A stretch of DNA of 64,000 bases, taken from Methylophilus sp. GTDB taxonomy: Bacteria > Pseudomonadota > Gammaproteobacteria > Burkholderiales > Methylophilaceae. Shown here one piece after another: positions 26,973 through 36,266 of this stretch. The stretch covers positions 23,020 through 87,019 of the forward strand of contig JBGAVM010000009.1 of assembly GCA_044228125.1 (NCBI GenBank), read 5' to 3'. Both the position numbers and the translations under genes were made by a program. Positions within the stretch are counted from its first letter, which is position 1; every line of letters begins with the position of its first letter. The notes below the pieces were generated by a model. The model saw nothing but the letters and a program-made list of their open reading frames with translations, was not told the origin of the DNA and ran no database searches.

Positions 26973-28524
26973 GATTACCTCCTAATAAAGCAGGATTCAC
27001 TTCAATCACACTCGTCCTATCATCAATAATTACTCGAATACGATTAGCTTCCACCAATTCAGCGATAGATTCTTCCAACAATCGCTTATCTCGAATTGCA
27101 CCATTACGCCTCACGTGGGTTTTATTAACATGATTAGTTTTATGCTCACGGCAGTATTTCAAGATATAAGCATCAAGTTTCAGCGCATTGTTAATGTGTG
27201 CAGGTGTGGTAATTTGGTTTAAGAACCTTTTAGCTTCGTATAAATGCCAAGTAACGATAACTGCTGCAACTTTTACAAGATCAGCATTTATCTGCCCCTC
27301 GCTGTGTAATTCGTAGATATGAAAGAGTGCAGCGAGTCGAGCGACATTGTCGGCAGCTTTACTTGCAACATCACGAGCATCCGCCATGTCGCCACCAACG
27401 CGCAATTCAATTTCGACCTGATTATGGAAATCAATCCAAACATCTTTAGCTTCTGGACTGAACTCAAGGATTGCGGGTTCAATTCCACCAGAATCTGTAA
27501 GTATTGGCATTTTGTCTAATAGCTGATTGATACGCTCATTAAACTTTGACAACTTCGGGAATGATTTTGGGGGTTCTCTAAATAGCCTTGTACCCTGCGT
27601 TGACTCCGGCCAAGCAATCAGAAATCGTGCGGCAAAGCCGGTACCGCGCGCCAACTGTCTGGAGTTATCAAAGAATGCTCTTACTGTATCAGACTGTACA
27701 GCCAAACCCATCGTTAACCGTGCGCCTTGAACTTTATAGCTCTCACTGGTGCGGCGATCAATGGTATGGGTTCCACCTTCCCACAGAACATTAAGCAAGG
27801 CCATGTTTCGCATTGCACTATCACCGGTCATTGCTGAACCACCAAATACAATACCGGCCTCACTGCTTAACACGGCACCACTTGGCCATTTTTTAGCCAA
27901 ACTAAATCCAAGCTGTTCTGGTGTTGAGTCGCCGTATATTAAACGGGGAACTCTTACAGGAATCGGCTCTACACTTTTCAATTGATGTAATTGAGATGTT
28001 AGCAAGTCTGTCGGCTTCTGCGCCTTGGCAGTATCCTTAATTTTCTGTTTCAGGCCCTCATATTGCATAGACCAGGAATCATGCTCAACTTGATAGCGTT
28101 TTAAATCAGGCTCTGCCAGTTCTGCCTGCGTTGATTCCCATGCTGCTATTGCACTGGTGAAGTGTTTATCAACACTAGTCTTTCTTTCCCCCGACTCAGC
28201 AATAGCAAGCGTATACAAACTTACAGGTGAAACTAATCCTTCAGCCCTTCTGACATTTGCTAAATGCTGCGCAGCTACTGATAATGCACTCAAAGCACTA
28301 CACGCAGCTAATGCCATTGGGCACTGAACAAATTCCAGCACCTCACGTACGGCGTCACCAATCCCAACCGGCAAGGCATCTATTGGATACGGAACAGATT
28401 CTGAGTCTTGTATTAGCTTAGATGGCCTCACCCAATCACTTTTTTTATCCTCTGCTACTTGCACTCGTGCTACTCGTGCTACTCGGTCTTCATCAAAAGC
28501 TTCAATAACATTGTTATAAGCCAT
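26965..28524 (-). CDS. DUF3987/YfjI-family protein (putative replicative helicase)
   Basis: P-loop-like AESGERKTS, DSTPEQL and GFAARFL motifs; GAGG RBS before ATG 28524. Confidence 0.85.
   Translation of the reverse strand: MAYNNVIEAFDEDRVARVARVQVAEDKKSDWVRPSKLIQDSESVPYPIDALPVGIGDAVREVLEFVQCPMALAACSALSALSVAAQHLANVRRAEGLVSPVSLYTLAIAESGERKTSVDKHFTSAIAAWESTQAELAEPDLKRYQVEHDSWSMQYEGLKQKIKDTAKAQKPTDLLTSQLHQLKSVEPIPVRVPRLIYGDSTPEQLGFSLAKKWPSGAVLSSEAGIVFGGSAMTGDSAMRNMALLNVLWEGGTHTIDRRTSESYKVQGARLTMGLAVQSDTVRAFFDNSRQLARGTGFAARFLIAWPESTQGTRLFREPPKSFPKLSKFNERINQLLDKMPILTDSGGIEPAILEFSPEAKDVWIDFHNQVEIELRVGGDMADARDVASKAADNVARLAALFHIYELHSEGQINADLVKVAAVIVTWHLYEAKRFLNQITTPAHINNALKLDAYILKYCREHKTNHVNKTHVRRNGAIRDKRLLEESIAELVEANRIRVIIDDRTSVIEVNPALLGGNHA
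28453..28484 (+). repeat. Second copy of the 32-bp iteron block
   Basis: TGCTACTTGCACTCGTGCTACTCGTGCTACTC, 31/32 identical to 26856-26887. Confidence 0.8.
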
Positions 28525-28936
28525 TTTTTGCCACCTCATAAGCGTGGTTGATACGTGAAGTCGCAAGCAATAACCTTTCTCTATCGCTGCTAGTCAGGGT
28601 CAAACCTTTGGCCATGTCTGCCGCATAGATATATATCAGAGTAACTTCAAACTTGATGATGTTTAATATGTCGATTGCGTAGAATGGTTTTTTGTCCGGC
28701 TTAAAGTTTCCCATCACTTTTTCGGGCATGATGTCTGCAAAATCCAAACCTATTGCACCCAGCACATCCAAAGTCTCGCAGCCGCCGAAGCAGTGGAGTA
28801 ACAATCGTCTGTCTGTATATTTAATAGCTAGGCTAGGGGTTCTGTCATTATGGGCAGGGCATAGAGCTTTATATCTACCGTCACCAATGTGTTTAACCAT
28901 ATCTAGGCGTGATAACACTTTTTCCAGACTGCTCAT
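28514..28936 (-). CDS. Primase-type zinc-binding domain protein
   Basis: CPAHNDRTPSL...LLHCFGGC; no Toprim domain follows. Confidence 0.8.
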   Translation of the reverse strand: MSSLEKVLSRLDMVKHIGDGRYKALCPAHNDRTPSLAIKYTDRRLLLHCFGGCETLDVLGAIGLDFADIMPEKVMGNFKPDKKPFYAIDILNIIKFEVTLIYIYAADMAKGLTLTSSDRERLLLATSRINHAYEVAKNGL

Positions 28937-29169
28937 TTTGTTTCCTCCCGCAAGAAGTTTTCCGGGATGTGATAGCGCCTGGCACGGGTGCGGGTTTCAC
29001 TTAGGTAGGATTGACGCAAAGTCTGCCATCCTGCACGAATTGGCAATTGATCTCGTAAGGTGTTAATGGCACCTAATGCTTCTGCCCGATCCTTTTCTGC
29101 AAAGTCAATCAGCTTCACATATTCTCCAGCTAACAACTTGGCTTTAATTTGTTCTTTGATTGTTAGCAT
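28933..29169 (-). CDS. Hypothetical backbone protein (possible wHTH)
   Basis: GGAGG RBS, overlapping start/stop with neighbours. Confidence 0.6.
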   Translation of the reverse strand: MLTIKEQIKAKLLAGEYVKLIDFAEKDRAEALGAINTLRDQLPIRAGWQTLRQSYLSETRTRARRYHIPENFLREETK

Positions 29170-29378
29170 GCGACACCTCCAATCAGTTCGCGCATAAATA
29201 GCACGGTATAGATAGCAGCTGTGCAACTAACATAAAGATATGTAAAAATGGCTAATAATATTGTTTTAAGCGTAGGTATCAAAAGCTGATACTTCTCGGT
29301 TAATGATTTGCGTAGCGTGTTATAATTGAGCTTGTCTGAGGGCTCGGCAGCATTAATTTGTTGCTGGGCTTTTTTCAT
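29163..29378 (-). CDS. Hypothetical small protein with C-terminal hydrophobic segment
   Basis: GGAGG RBS, translationally coupled in the backbone operon. Confidence 0.5.
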   Translation of the reverse strand: MKKAQQQINAAEPSDKLNYNTLRKSLTEKYQLLIPTLKTILLAIFTYLYVSCTAAIYTVLFMRELIGGVAC

Positions 29379-29379
29379 T

Positions 29380-29589
29380 TTAAACACCTCCGTTCAGAAG
29401 TGTTCGAATATCAGCAACTTTCCATGCAAGCCGGCCATTAATACGAACAGGTCGGATTGGGCCATTCTCCAAACATGCCCATTTCCTCAACGTTTGGGGG
29501 CGGCGATTCATAATCATAGCCGCTTCATTTGTTGGCAAAACTTCAGCTAATCCAGCATAGCTTAATATTTTTTTATAACTTTCCATCAT
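29380..29589 (-). CDS. Excisionase-like HTH (AlpA/HTH_17-type)
   Basis: PTNEAA...RRPQTLRKWAC...PVRINGRLAWKVADIR; AGGAG RBS. Confidence 0.82.
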   Translation of the reverse strand: MMESYKKILSYAGLAEVLPTNEAAMIMNRRPQTLRKWACLENGPIRPVRINGRLAWKVADIRTLLNGGV

Positions 29590-29692
29590 GTTCTCCTTTA
29601 GAAGAGTGAGCATTTAGCTTGATTGCCGTATCTGCTCGTTGATGGATGAATATTAAAAATAAGCTGCTTTGATTATTTTATTTTTTTCACAC

Positions 29693-30358
29693 TCACTGTC
29701 CCCCTTTTAATGTATTTTTCCTTTTCCATATTTTTCTAACACTGTTAACTTTCATATTCAGATTCTTTGCAGTTGCTGTTACTCCATACCTTTCAATATC
29801 TTGCAATATTTCCTTATGTGCTTCTTCGGACGAGTTCCATTCACCATATCTCTTTAGTTCAAGCTTATAACGCTGCGCCTTACCGGCATCTCCGGGATTT
29901 AATATACTTTTGATGATTTTATGAATTGCGGGCAAAACATTTTTTAACAAATCCTCGTTTAATTCATTTTTCCTGGCAGCATCACAAAAATCAAATACAC
30001 TAGTATTAGGTGGGCACTTTTCTAATTTTGTTGCTTTACTTATTGAACAACCCTTTTTATTGCCAATTTCCATTGAGCGAAAAAGTAGTGAGCTATGCCG
30101 ACGTAAAGAGGCCATTTGATTCATAGCATCATGTATTTCTTTGTTGCGGTATAAATTATTTTTCTTATTTTCCGAGAAATTCTTTTCAAGAATTTCAGCA
30201 ACAAAAGTTGACAGCATTAGAGGGGGGAAATTACCACGCTTTATGCAAGAGCAGAAAAAAACAAGTAAATTATAAGTTGAATTAAAATCACCACCTCTTG
30301 CTAGCGAAGTTTGATATTCAATATCTTCAGATAAGTATGGCTCTATATTCCTTATCAC
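29693..30358 (-). CDS. Hypothetical protein, AT-rich, possible C-terminal HTH
   Basis: 221-aa ORF directly downstream of int; C-terminal ATAKNLNMKVNSVRKIW. Confidence 0.55.
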   Translation of the reverse strand: MIRNIEPYLSEDIEYQTSLARGGDFNSTYNLLVFFCSCIKRGNFPPLMLSTFVAEILEKNFSENKKNNLYRNKEIHDAMNQMASLRRHSSLLFRSMEIGNKKGCSISKATKLEKCPPNTSVFDFCDAARKNELNEDLLKNVLPAIHKIIKSILNPGDAGKAQRYKLELKRYGEWNSSEEAHKEILQDIERYGVTATAKNLNMKVNSVRKIWKRKNTLKGGQ

Positions 30359-30406
30359 GACTTAAATTTCCCCTGAAAACTGAATTACATGGATCAAACT
30401 GTAGAG

Positions 30407-31756
30407 TTATTCGGTAGCAACTATATGCAAACCGAACTGAGTTGATTCAAACTTAATACCCGCTTGATCCAGTATCCACTCTTCAATTTTAACGTGCCAC
30501 ATACGCAATAAATCCAACGGACGGCGTATGTAATGCTTCTCTGCAATTGCGCTCGGTTTCTGCCCCTTGATTTGCGCCACTACACCTGCTGGAGTCTCTA
30601 ACCATTCAGCTAATGAAGAAAAAGAACGTCTAAGACCATGAATAGAAAGGTCTGGCAGCCCTACTGACTGCAAAGCACTTTTATGTCCCTGTTTTGGCTC
30701 TTCTATGTGCCCAGTGGCAGCTGTCATGCTGGAGAATACCCACTCATTACGTCTCGGCAGGCCAGACAGCATATGTGACACATATGGCGTTAGAGGTATG
30801 GTCCGCTCCCCTTCCACCTTGTCACGTATAGTCATACTTAACCACTGAAAATCTACATCACTCCACTTTAATTCTGCGAGTTCTCGTCTACGCGCTCCAG
30901 TCAGCAACAATGACTGCAAATAAGCAGAATGTACGGGGTTTTTCATGCGTCTGACTGCTGTAAACCATAACGCCAATTGCTCACGTTGTAAGCTGTCGCC
31001 TTCTTTAGTGTTGCTGCTGGGCAACTCATCTCTGACTTGTCTGGCTTTACACGCTCCACTTGGTATCAGTCCCGCATATTCCGTTTGAGAATCACACCAA
31101 CTAATAAAGCCTGATAAAAGCCTAAAAGCTAAGGCCGTACGTGTGGGTCTGGTCTGCTTTTCCTTTGCCATCCATTCAGCAATTCGCATGCCGGTTAACT
31201 CTGATAGTTTTACACTCAGCAATGATGACAGCGGTGCGTCTTCAGTTAATCCCTTGCCGCGCTTCTTCTTCTCACCGCCCACCCGCGCAATGTTCTCATG
31301 ATCGCGTACACTCCACTCGCTCCAGCGGCTGCGCCTTGCCTCTATGTATAGAGGCCATACCATGCCTAGTGTCAGAGAATCACGTTTATCTTGAATTAAC
31401 TTTGCGGCGGCGGCTTCTAATTTTGCTTTCGCCTTTGCTTCTGTTTCTGCGATTTGATCTGCTTTGACTTGGCGTGGGTCTATGCCTTTATCAATCATCG
31501 CCCTGTAGCTTGTGGCGATAGCTCTGGCGCTCTTTTCCTTATCCTTACCGTCCAGCGAGTAGGTGTTTACGTCACCGATTGTTATGCGGATGGTTTTATC
31601 ATTGAGTGAAGTTTCAAACACGTAAGACTTCGCGCCATTAGCAGTGACACGCAGGCCCAAACCGCGCGTTTTTGCATCCCAATAAATAGTTTGTTTTTTA
31701 CCTTCCTGACACTGACTATTTGCTACAAACTCGAACGTGAAGTTCTGCTTTGCCAT
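30407..31756 (-). CDS. int: P4-like tyrosine integrase with N-terminal arm-binding domain
   Basis: N-terminal WD...GLGLRV...GAKSY, LLTGARRREL, HGLRRSF and AEKHY; adjacent to attR. Second catalytic His appears replaced by Gln. Confidence 0.93.
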   Translation of the reverse strand: MAKQNFTFEFVANSQCQEGKKQTIYWDAKTRGLGLRVTANGAKSYVFETSLNDKTIRITIGDVNTYSLDGKDKEKSARAIATSYRAMIDKGIDPRQVKADQIAETEAKAKAKLEAAAAKLIQDKRDSLTLGMVWPLYIEARRSRWSEWSVRDHENIARVGGEKKKRGKGLTEDAPLSSLLSVKLSELTGMRIAEWMAKEKQTRPTRTALAFRLLSGFISWCDSQTEYAGLIPSGACKARQVRDELPSSNTKEGDSLQREQLALWFTAVRRMKNPVHSAYLQSLLLTGARRRELAELKWSDVDFQWLSMTIRDKVEGERTIPLTPYVSHMLSGLPRRNEWVFSSMTAATGHIEEPKQGHKSALQSVGLPDLSIHGLRRSFSSLAEWLETPAGVVAQIKGQKPSAIAEKHYIRRPLDLLRMWHVKIEEWILDQAGIKFESTQFGLHIVATE

Positions 31757-31770
31757 GTTTCAATCTTTCC

Positions 31771-31788
31771 GTGTAGGGGCTGTGTAGG
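31771..31788 (+). promoter_or_regulatory. Putative integrase arm-type site, right
   Basis: Identical to 125-142; 15 nt upstream of the int start. Confidence 0.7.
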
Positions 31789-31915
31789 GGAATTTTACCA
31801 ATACATCGGAATATTTATCAACACATCATTTTATGGAAATATAATTAAATAATTGATTTATTGTGATTTTTATTTTTTGATAAACATCAATCAACACCAA
31901 TAAATACAATTAAAT

Positions 31916-31976
31916 CAGGATTCATAATCCTGGGGTCGAGGGTTCAAGTCCCTCTTTCACCACCAATAAAGACGCC
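31916..31976 (+). repeat. attR (duplicated tRNA 3' half)
   Basis: 61-bp identity with 8-68. Confidence 0.95.
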
Positions 31977-32001
31977 TCATTCGAAAGAGTGGGGCGTTTT
32001 T
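31971..32001 (+). terminator. Original tRNA terminator
   Basis: GACGCCTCA...TGGGGCGTT hairpin followed by T-run. Confidence 0.7.
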
Positions 32002-32090
32002 CTTTTCATTGCACGAACCGTTACCACGGAAGCTGTGTCCTGCTTGGCTTACAGGCCAATGATTTTTGCAATGAACGCGCGCGTAAGGGC

Positions 32091-32540
32091 TTAACGCTTG
32101 GCTTTCTTGGGCTCGGTGATCTCCCAGTCCGCAATATCACCCTCCACCAAAGTAAAAAGCGGGTGCGGTTCGGGCTCTGCGATGTGCGCAATACGCTCAA
32201 ACACTTGCGGGGAGCGTTTTTGCAGCTTGGTGCGCAGGTGCTGCCACTCGTATTGCAGCTGGCCGCGCGTGGCGATGATTTTCGGCACATTGTGCGTGGT
32301 GTGGAATTTGCTGGCATCAAAGTTGTAGCTGCGCGCGGTGGCTTGGGCGTGTACGGTTTGCAGGTATGCGGCAATGACATCTTGCGGGTTGGGCGCAGTT
32401 TTAAAGCGATTGAGCTGCGGGTGGTTGGTGTAGCCGCGCGTTTGGCCGCGTAAAACGGCTTGCGCCAGCAGGGTCTCGCGCCACAGGGCCACCAGGCCAG
32501 GTGCATCTAGGTATTGAGGGTGTAGTGTCCAGATTCGCAT
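32091..32540 (-). CDS. Pyrimidine dimer DNA glycosylase / endonuclease V-like protein
   Basis: MRIWTLHPQYLD..GLVALWRETLLAQAVL.G.TRGY.NHPQL.RF. Confidence 0.85.
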   Translation of the reverse strand: MRIWTLHPQYLDAPGLVALWRETLLAQAVLRGQTRGYTNHPQLNRFKTAPNPQDVIAAYLQTVHAQATARSYNFDASKFHTTHNVPKIIATRGQLQYEWQHLRTKLQKRSPQVFERIAHIAEPEPHPLFTLVEGDIADWEITEPKKAKR

Positions 32541-32557
32541 AATGAAGGTAGACAAAG

Positions 32558-32586
32558 AAAAAGCCCGCTGGTTGCAGCGGGCTTTT
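32558..32586 (-). terminator. Terminator of chromosomal pqqA
   Basis: AAAAGCCCGCTG-GTTG-CAGCGGGCTTTT. Confidence 0.8.
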
Positions 32587-32609
32587 ACCTAATCCGTAAT
32601 ATTTGCGAA

Positions 32610-32681
32610 TTATTTATTCATTACGTACATTGTTACTTCAAAGCCGAAACGCATTTCGGTAGCAGCTGGTTTGGTCCACAT
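32610..32681 (-). CDS. pqqA: PQQ precursor peptide PqqA, chromosomal copy
   Basis: MWTKPAATEMRFGFEVTMYVMNK; AAGGAG RBS. Confidence 0.95.
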   Translation of the reverse strand: MWTKPAATEMRFGFEVTMYVMNK

Positions 32682-32859
32682 AATATTCTCCTTTTGGGTT
32701 TCAAGTACATCATCATTGATGTGCTTGTATGACTTGCATATTACGCCGATGTTTCGCCAGCAACCTGTGTAGCTTACGCAAAAACACCTCATGATTTTAC
32801 GTAAATGATGCGCAAAATTTGGCATACAATACGTTTAAATTGCCAATGAAAGAACAAAA

Positions 32860-33546
32860 ATGACGACCAATACCGTGCTGATTACCGGTGCCAACCGCGG
32901 CCTAGGGCTGGAGTTTGCCAAACAATACGCGCTGGATGGCTGGCAAGTGCTAGCCTGCGGCCGTACGCCGAGTTTGGCATTGCGGCAGCTGGCGCAAGCT
33001 CACGATAATATCGAGCTGTTTGATCTGGATGTAGGCGATTTTGCGGCGATTGATTTGCTGGCAGCGCAGCTGCATACACGCGCCATCGATGTGCTGATCT
33101 GCAATGCGGGGGTTTACCCGCCCAGCCATTTTGGCGATGTGGATTACGACGCCTGGATGCATGCTTTCAAGATCAACTGCATGGCGACGCTGAAAATGGC
33201 GGAGGCATTTGCGCCGCACATCAGCCGCAGCCAGCAGCGCAAGCTGGTGACGATCACCAGCAAGATGGGCAGCATAGACGACAACACCAGCGGCAGCGAG
33301 TATATCTACCGCAGCAGCAAAACCGCGCTCAATATGGTGATGAAGAGCTTATCTATCGACCTGAAGCCCTATGGCATTGCCGTGGCTACGTTGCACCCCG
33401 GCTGGGTGCGCACCGACATGGGCGGGCCGCACGGCTTGATAGACCCGCCGGAAAGCATTGCCGGTTTGCGCCGGGCAATCGCCAATCTGGAGCTTGGTAC
33501 CAGCGGCCGGTTTATCGCCTATGATGGCAAAGAGATTGCCTGGTAG
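32860..33546 (+). CDS. SDR-family oxidoreductase (CsgA-like)
   Basis: ITGANRGLG, YRSSK and HPGWVRTDMGG motifs. Confidence 0.92.
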   Translation: MTTNTVLITGANRGLGLEFAKQYALDGWQVLACGRTPSLALRQLAQAHDNIELFDLDVGDFAAIDLLAAQLHTRAIDVLICNAGVYPPSHFGDVDYDAWMHAFKINCMATLKMAEAFAPHISRSQQRKLVTITSKMGSIDDNTSGSEYIYRSSKTALNMVMKSLSIDLKPYGIAVATLHPGWVRTDMGGPHGLIDPPESIAGLRRAIANLELGTSGRFIAYDGKEIAW

Positions 33547-33635
33547 TTTTCATTACATTCAGGCATGCCCTGAAAGCCGCATCCTGCTTGCCTTCCAGGG
33601 CATCTGCTTTACTAATGAACGCGCGCACGTGAGGC

Positions 33636-34775
33636 TTATTCTGCCTGCATTTTAAACGGCGCGCGTTCTTCCAGTTCATCGGTGTAGGCGGCCATACCTA
33701 GTGCCTCGCGTCGCACCACTTGGGCAATCGCGTCGGCAAATCGCGCATCGGCAATTTTATGGTAAGAGCATGTCGAGCGCGGCTCGAAACCGCGCGCCAG
33801 CTTGTGCTCGCCCTGTGCGCCGCCTTCAAAATAGCGAATACCCTGCGCGATGCAGAACGTCTGCGCCTGGTAATACGCCAGCTCAAAATGCAGGCCGGAG
33901 ACGAACTGCATGGTGCCCCAATAGCGGCCATACAGCGTGTGCCGGTTATAGATGTTGAGCGTGCTGGCGATTGGCTGGCCGTCGGTTTCCGCCACGATGA
34001 GCAGAATATTTTGTGGCATGTGGCCGATTTTGCTAAAAAATTCGCGCGTTAAATACGGCGTGGAATGGTGCTGGCGATAGGTGTTGCAATAACATTGGCA
34101 GAAAAAATCCCAATCACTTTCTTTCACGTCCGCGCCCAGTATCCAGCGGCAATGCACACCGGCCTCGGCGACTTTTTTGCGCTCCTGATGGATGCGTTTG
34201 CGCTTGTCATGCGTAAGCTGGCTTAAAAACTCCTCGAAATCGGCATAGCCTTTGTTCTCCCAGCGGAACTGCACACCGGCGCGCTTGAGCCAGCCTGCAG
34301 ATTCAAACAAAGCCGCGCTGGTTTCATCGGGAAAGTTCACATGCGCAGAGGAGAGTTTGTATTGCGCCAACAGGCTTTCCAGCGCCCGCACCATGCGTGG
34401 CGAGAATTCAGGGTTGGCACTCAGAACGCGTGGCCCGGTAACGGGCGTAAAAGGCACGGCACATAACAGTTTTGGATAGTATTCCAGCCCGTTGCGCTGG
34501 TAGGCTTCTGCCCAGCTCCAGTCGAACACATATTCGCCATAGGAATGCAGCTTAAGATACAGTGGCAAGGCGCACACCAGCTTGCCGCCTTGCCGCGCCA
34601 GCAGGTGATGCGGAACCCAGCCTGTGCCTTCGCTCACACTGGCAGAGCCTTCCAATGCGCTTAAAAAGGCATGGCTGGTAAAGGGATTATCAGTGTTGAG
34701 CGCATCCCATTCGATGGGCGGGATTGCGCTGATGGCGTTGCTGGTCTGGAATGTCCAATCAACGGAATGCAACAC
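33636..34775 (-). CDS. GNAT/FemAB-like (DUF482) protein
   Basis: HSYGEYVFDWSWA, LYGRYWG and GAQGEHKLARGF motifs. Confidence 0.9.
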   Translation of the reverse strand: MLHSVDWTFQTSNAISAIPPIEWDALNTDNPFTSHAFLSALEGSASVSEGTGWVPHHLLARQGGKLVCALPLYLKLHSYGEYVFDWSWAEAYQRNGLEYYPKLLCAVPFTPVTGPRVLSANPEFSPRMVRALESLLAQYKLSSAHVNFPDETSAALFESAGWLKRAGVQFRWENKGYADFEEFLSQLTHDKRKRIHQERKKVAEAGVHCRWILGADVKESDWDFFCQCYCNTYRQHHSTPYLTREFFSKIGHMPQNILLIVAETDGQPIASTLNIYNRHTLYGRYWGTMQFVSGLHFELAYYQAQTFCIAQGIRYFEGGAQGEHKLARGFEPRSTCSYHKIADARFADAIAQVVRREALGMAAYTDELEERAPFKMQAE

Positions 34776-34786
34776 AGAGGTGAAAT

Positions 34787-35353
34787 TTAGCCAGGGCGCT
34801 TGCGGCCATTGATGGCCTGCTTGTTGGATTTAACTTTGGCTTTTGTCTTGATTTCAGCTTCAATAGCCTGAATGTGCTCTGCTTCAATCTTGGCTTCGGC
34901 AGCTTTTCTGCGTTCCTCGTTCTTGGCCTGCGCCAGTTGTAGCTCTTCCAGCGTGATCACGCCATCTTCATCGATATCCACAAAATTGAAATGACGCGCC
35001 ACTTGCGGCAGGCATTGGGTCGCTTCCTCACGATCCAGCGAGTCATCGTTGTCGTGATTGCATTCGTTAAAGCGCTCTTCCACACTTTCCTGCATCGCCC
35101 TGCGTCTTTGCTCGATCTGCGCATGCTCCGGGTCGCTGCTCCTGGCATATTCGTCCAGCGCCTTGCGTAGCCTTACCCGATCTTCCGGGCTAAAGTTGTA
35201 TTGCAAGGTCTGCTCCAGGCCAGCCTCATCATTATCCAGCAACGGCCTGATTTCTGCAGATCTGCCCCCGGCAAACGCCAGTAAAGGCAATGCCAGCACG
35301 GCGCATAGCAAGCGCCAGCAATTTGGGAAAACAAGATTGTGCGTAAAAAGCAT
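34787..35353 (-). CDS. Exported EF-hand protein
   Basis: Signal-like segment; EF loops NHDNDDSLDREE and DIDEDGVITLEE; divergent from ompR. Confidence 0.75.
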   Translation of the reverse strand: MLFTHNLVFPNCWRLLCAVLALPLLAFAGGRSAEIRPLLDNDEAGLEQTLQYNFSPEDRVRLRKALDEYARSSDPEHAQIEQRRRAMQESVEERFNECNHDNDDSLDREEATQCLPQVARHFNFVDIDEDGVITLEELQLAQAKNEERRKAAEAKIEAEHIQAIEAEIKTKAKVKSNKQAINGRKRPG

Positions 35354-35532
35354 AAGAAACCAAATATAACTCTGTTTTACGTTTATGTAAACCTGCCGCA
35401 CAGTTAATAAACATTAGTCAGTATTGATACGATTAAAATTCCATTCTGCCGGATTTGAATTTATACTTTGTCATAAACTAAAAACAATCTCCCGTAATAA
35501 ATAGACCACAAAAAATCCGGTAAAGGTATGTT

Positions 35533-36258
35533 ATGGCTGAAAGCAAGAAAATATTGATGGTAGACGACGACGCGCGGATGCGCGAACTGCTGCAGCGCTA
35601 CCTGAGCGAACAGGGATTTACGATTGAAACTGCCGCAGACGCCAAGGAAATGGATACCAAAATGGCCACCAGCAGCTACGACCTGCTGGTGCTGGATTTG
35701 ATGTTACCCGGAGAGGATGGCTTGACGATCTGCCGCCGCCTGCGTGGCAATCAGGTCAACATGCCTATCATCATGCTGACCGCGCGCGGCGATGAAGTAG
35801 ACCGTATCGTCGGCCTGGAAATGGGTGCGGACGACTACCTGCCCAAACCGTTCAACCCGCGCGAGCTGCTGGCGCGCATCAACGCTGTGCTTCGCCGCCA
35901 CGACTTTAGCCCGGACGCGTACAAGGAACAACGCCCTGCTGCCTTCACTTTCGGGGAGTTTGTATTTGACGCCACCAGTCGCAGCCTAACCAAAGCCGGG
36001 ACACCGGTCACCATCACCAGCGGCGAGTTTGCCTTGCTGAAAGTGTTTACCGAGCACCCGCGCCAGCCGCTCTCTCGCGATCGTCTGATGCAACTGGCGC
36101 GCGGCCGCGAGCTGGATGTGTTTGACCGCAGCATTGACGTGCAAGTCTCGCGCCTGCGCCGCCTGATCGAACCCGATCCTTCCCACCCGCGCTACCTGCA
36201 GACCATGTGGGGCTTTGGTTACGTATTCATCCCGGATGGCGACGCGCCAGCTGCCTGA
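35533..36258 (+). CDS. ompR: OmpR-family response regulator
   Basis: VDDD, LDLMLPGEDG, KPFNPRELLARI and DRSIDVQVSRLR motifs. Confidence 0.92.
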   Translation: MAESKKILMVDDDARMRELLQRYLSEQGFTIETAADAKEMDTKMATSSYDLLVLDLMLPGEDGLTICRRLRGNQVNMPIIMLTARGDEVDRIVGLEMGADDYLPKPFNPRELLARINAVLRRHDFSPDAYKEQRPAAFTFGEFVFDATSRSLTKAGTPVTITSGEFALLKVFTEHPRQPLSRDRLMQLARGRELDVFDRSIDVQVSRLRRLIEPDPSHPRYLQTMWGFGYVFIPDGDAPAA

Positions 36259-36266
36259 TTACCGCA

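Larger units (their letters stand above)
8..31976. mobile_element. tRNA-integrated genomic island with PICI/P4-satellite-like backbone, ~32 kb
   Basis: Exact 61-bp direct repeat at both ends, integrase next to the right repeat, alpA/primase-Zn-finger/DUF3987 module, AT-richer mosaic cargo. Confidence 0.93.

Noticed and set aside
31916-31965. Second tRNA gene
   Set aside because: Only the 3' half is present; the D-arm and 5' acceptor strand are replaced by AT-rich island DNA, so it is attR.
8-31976. Intact prophage or ICE
   Set aside because: No capsid, tail, terminase, lysis, relaxase or conjugation genes were recognisable.
32610-32825. 71-aa ORF as listed in the track
   Set aside because: The real gene is the last 23 codons (pqqA) with its own RBS; the extension runs through the promoter.
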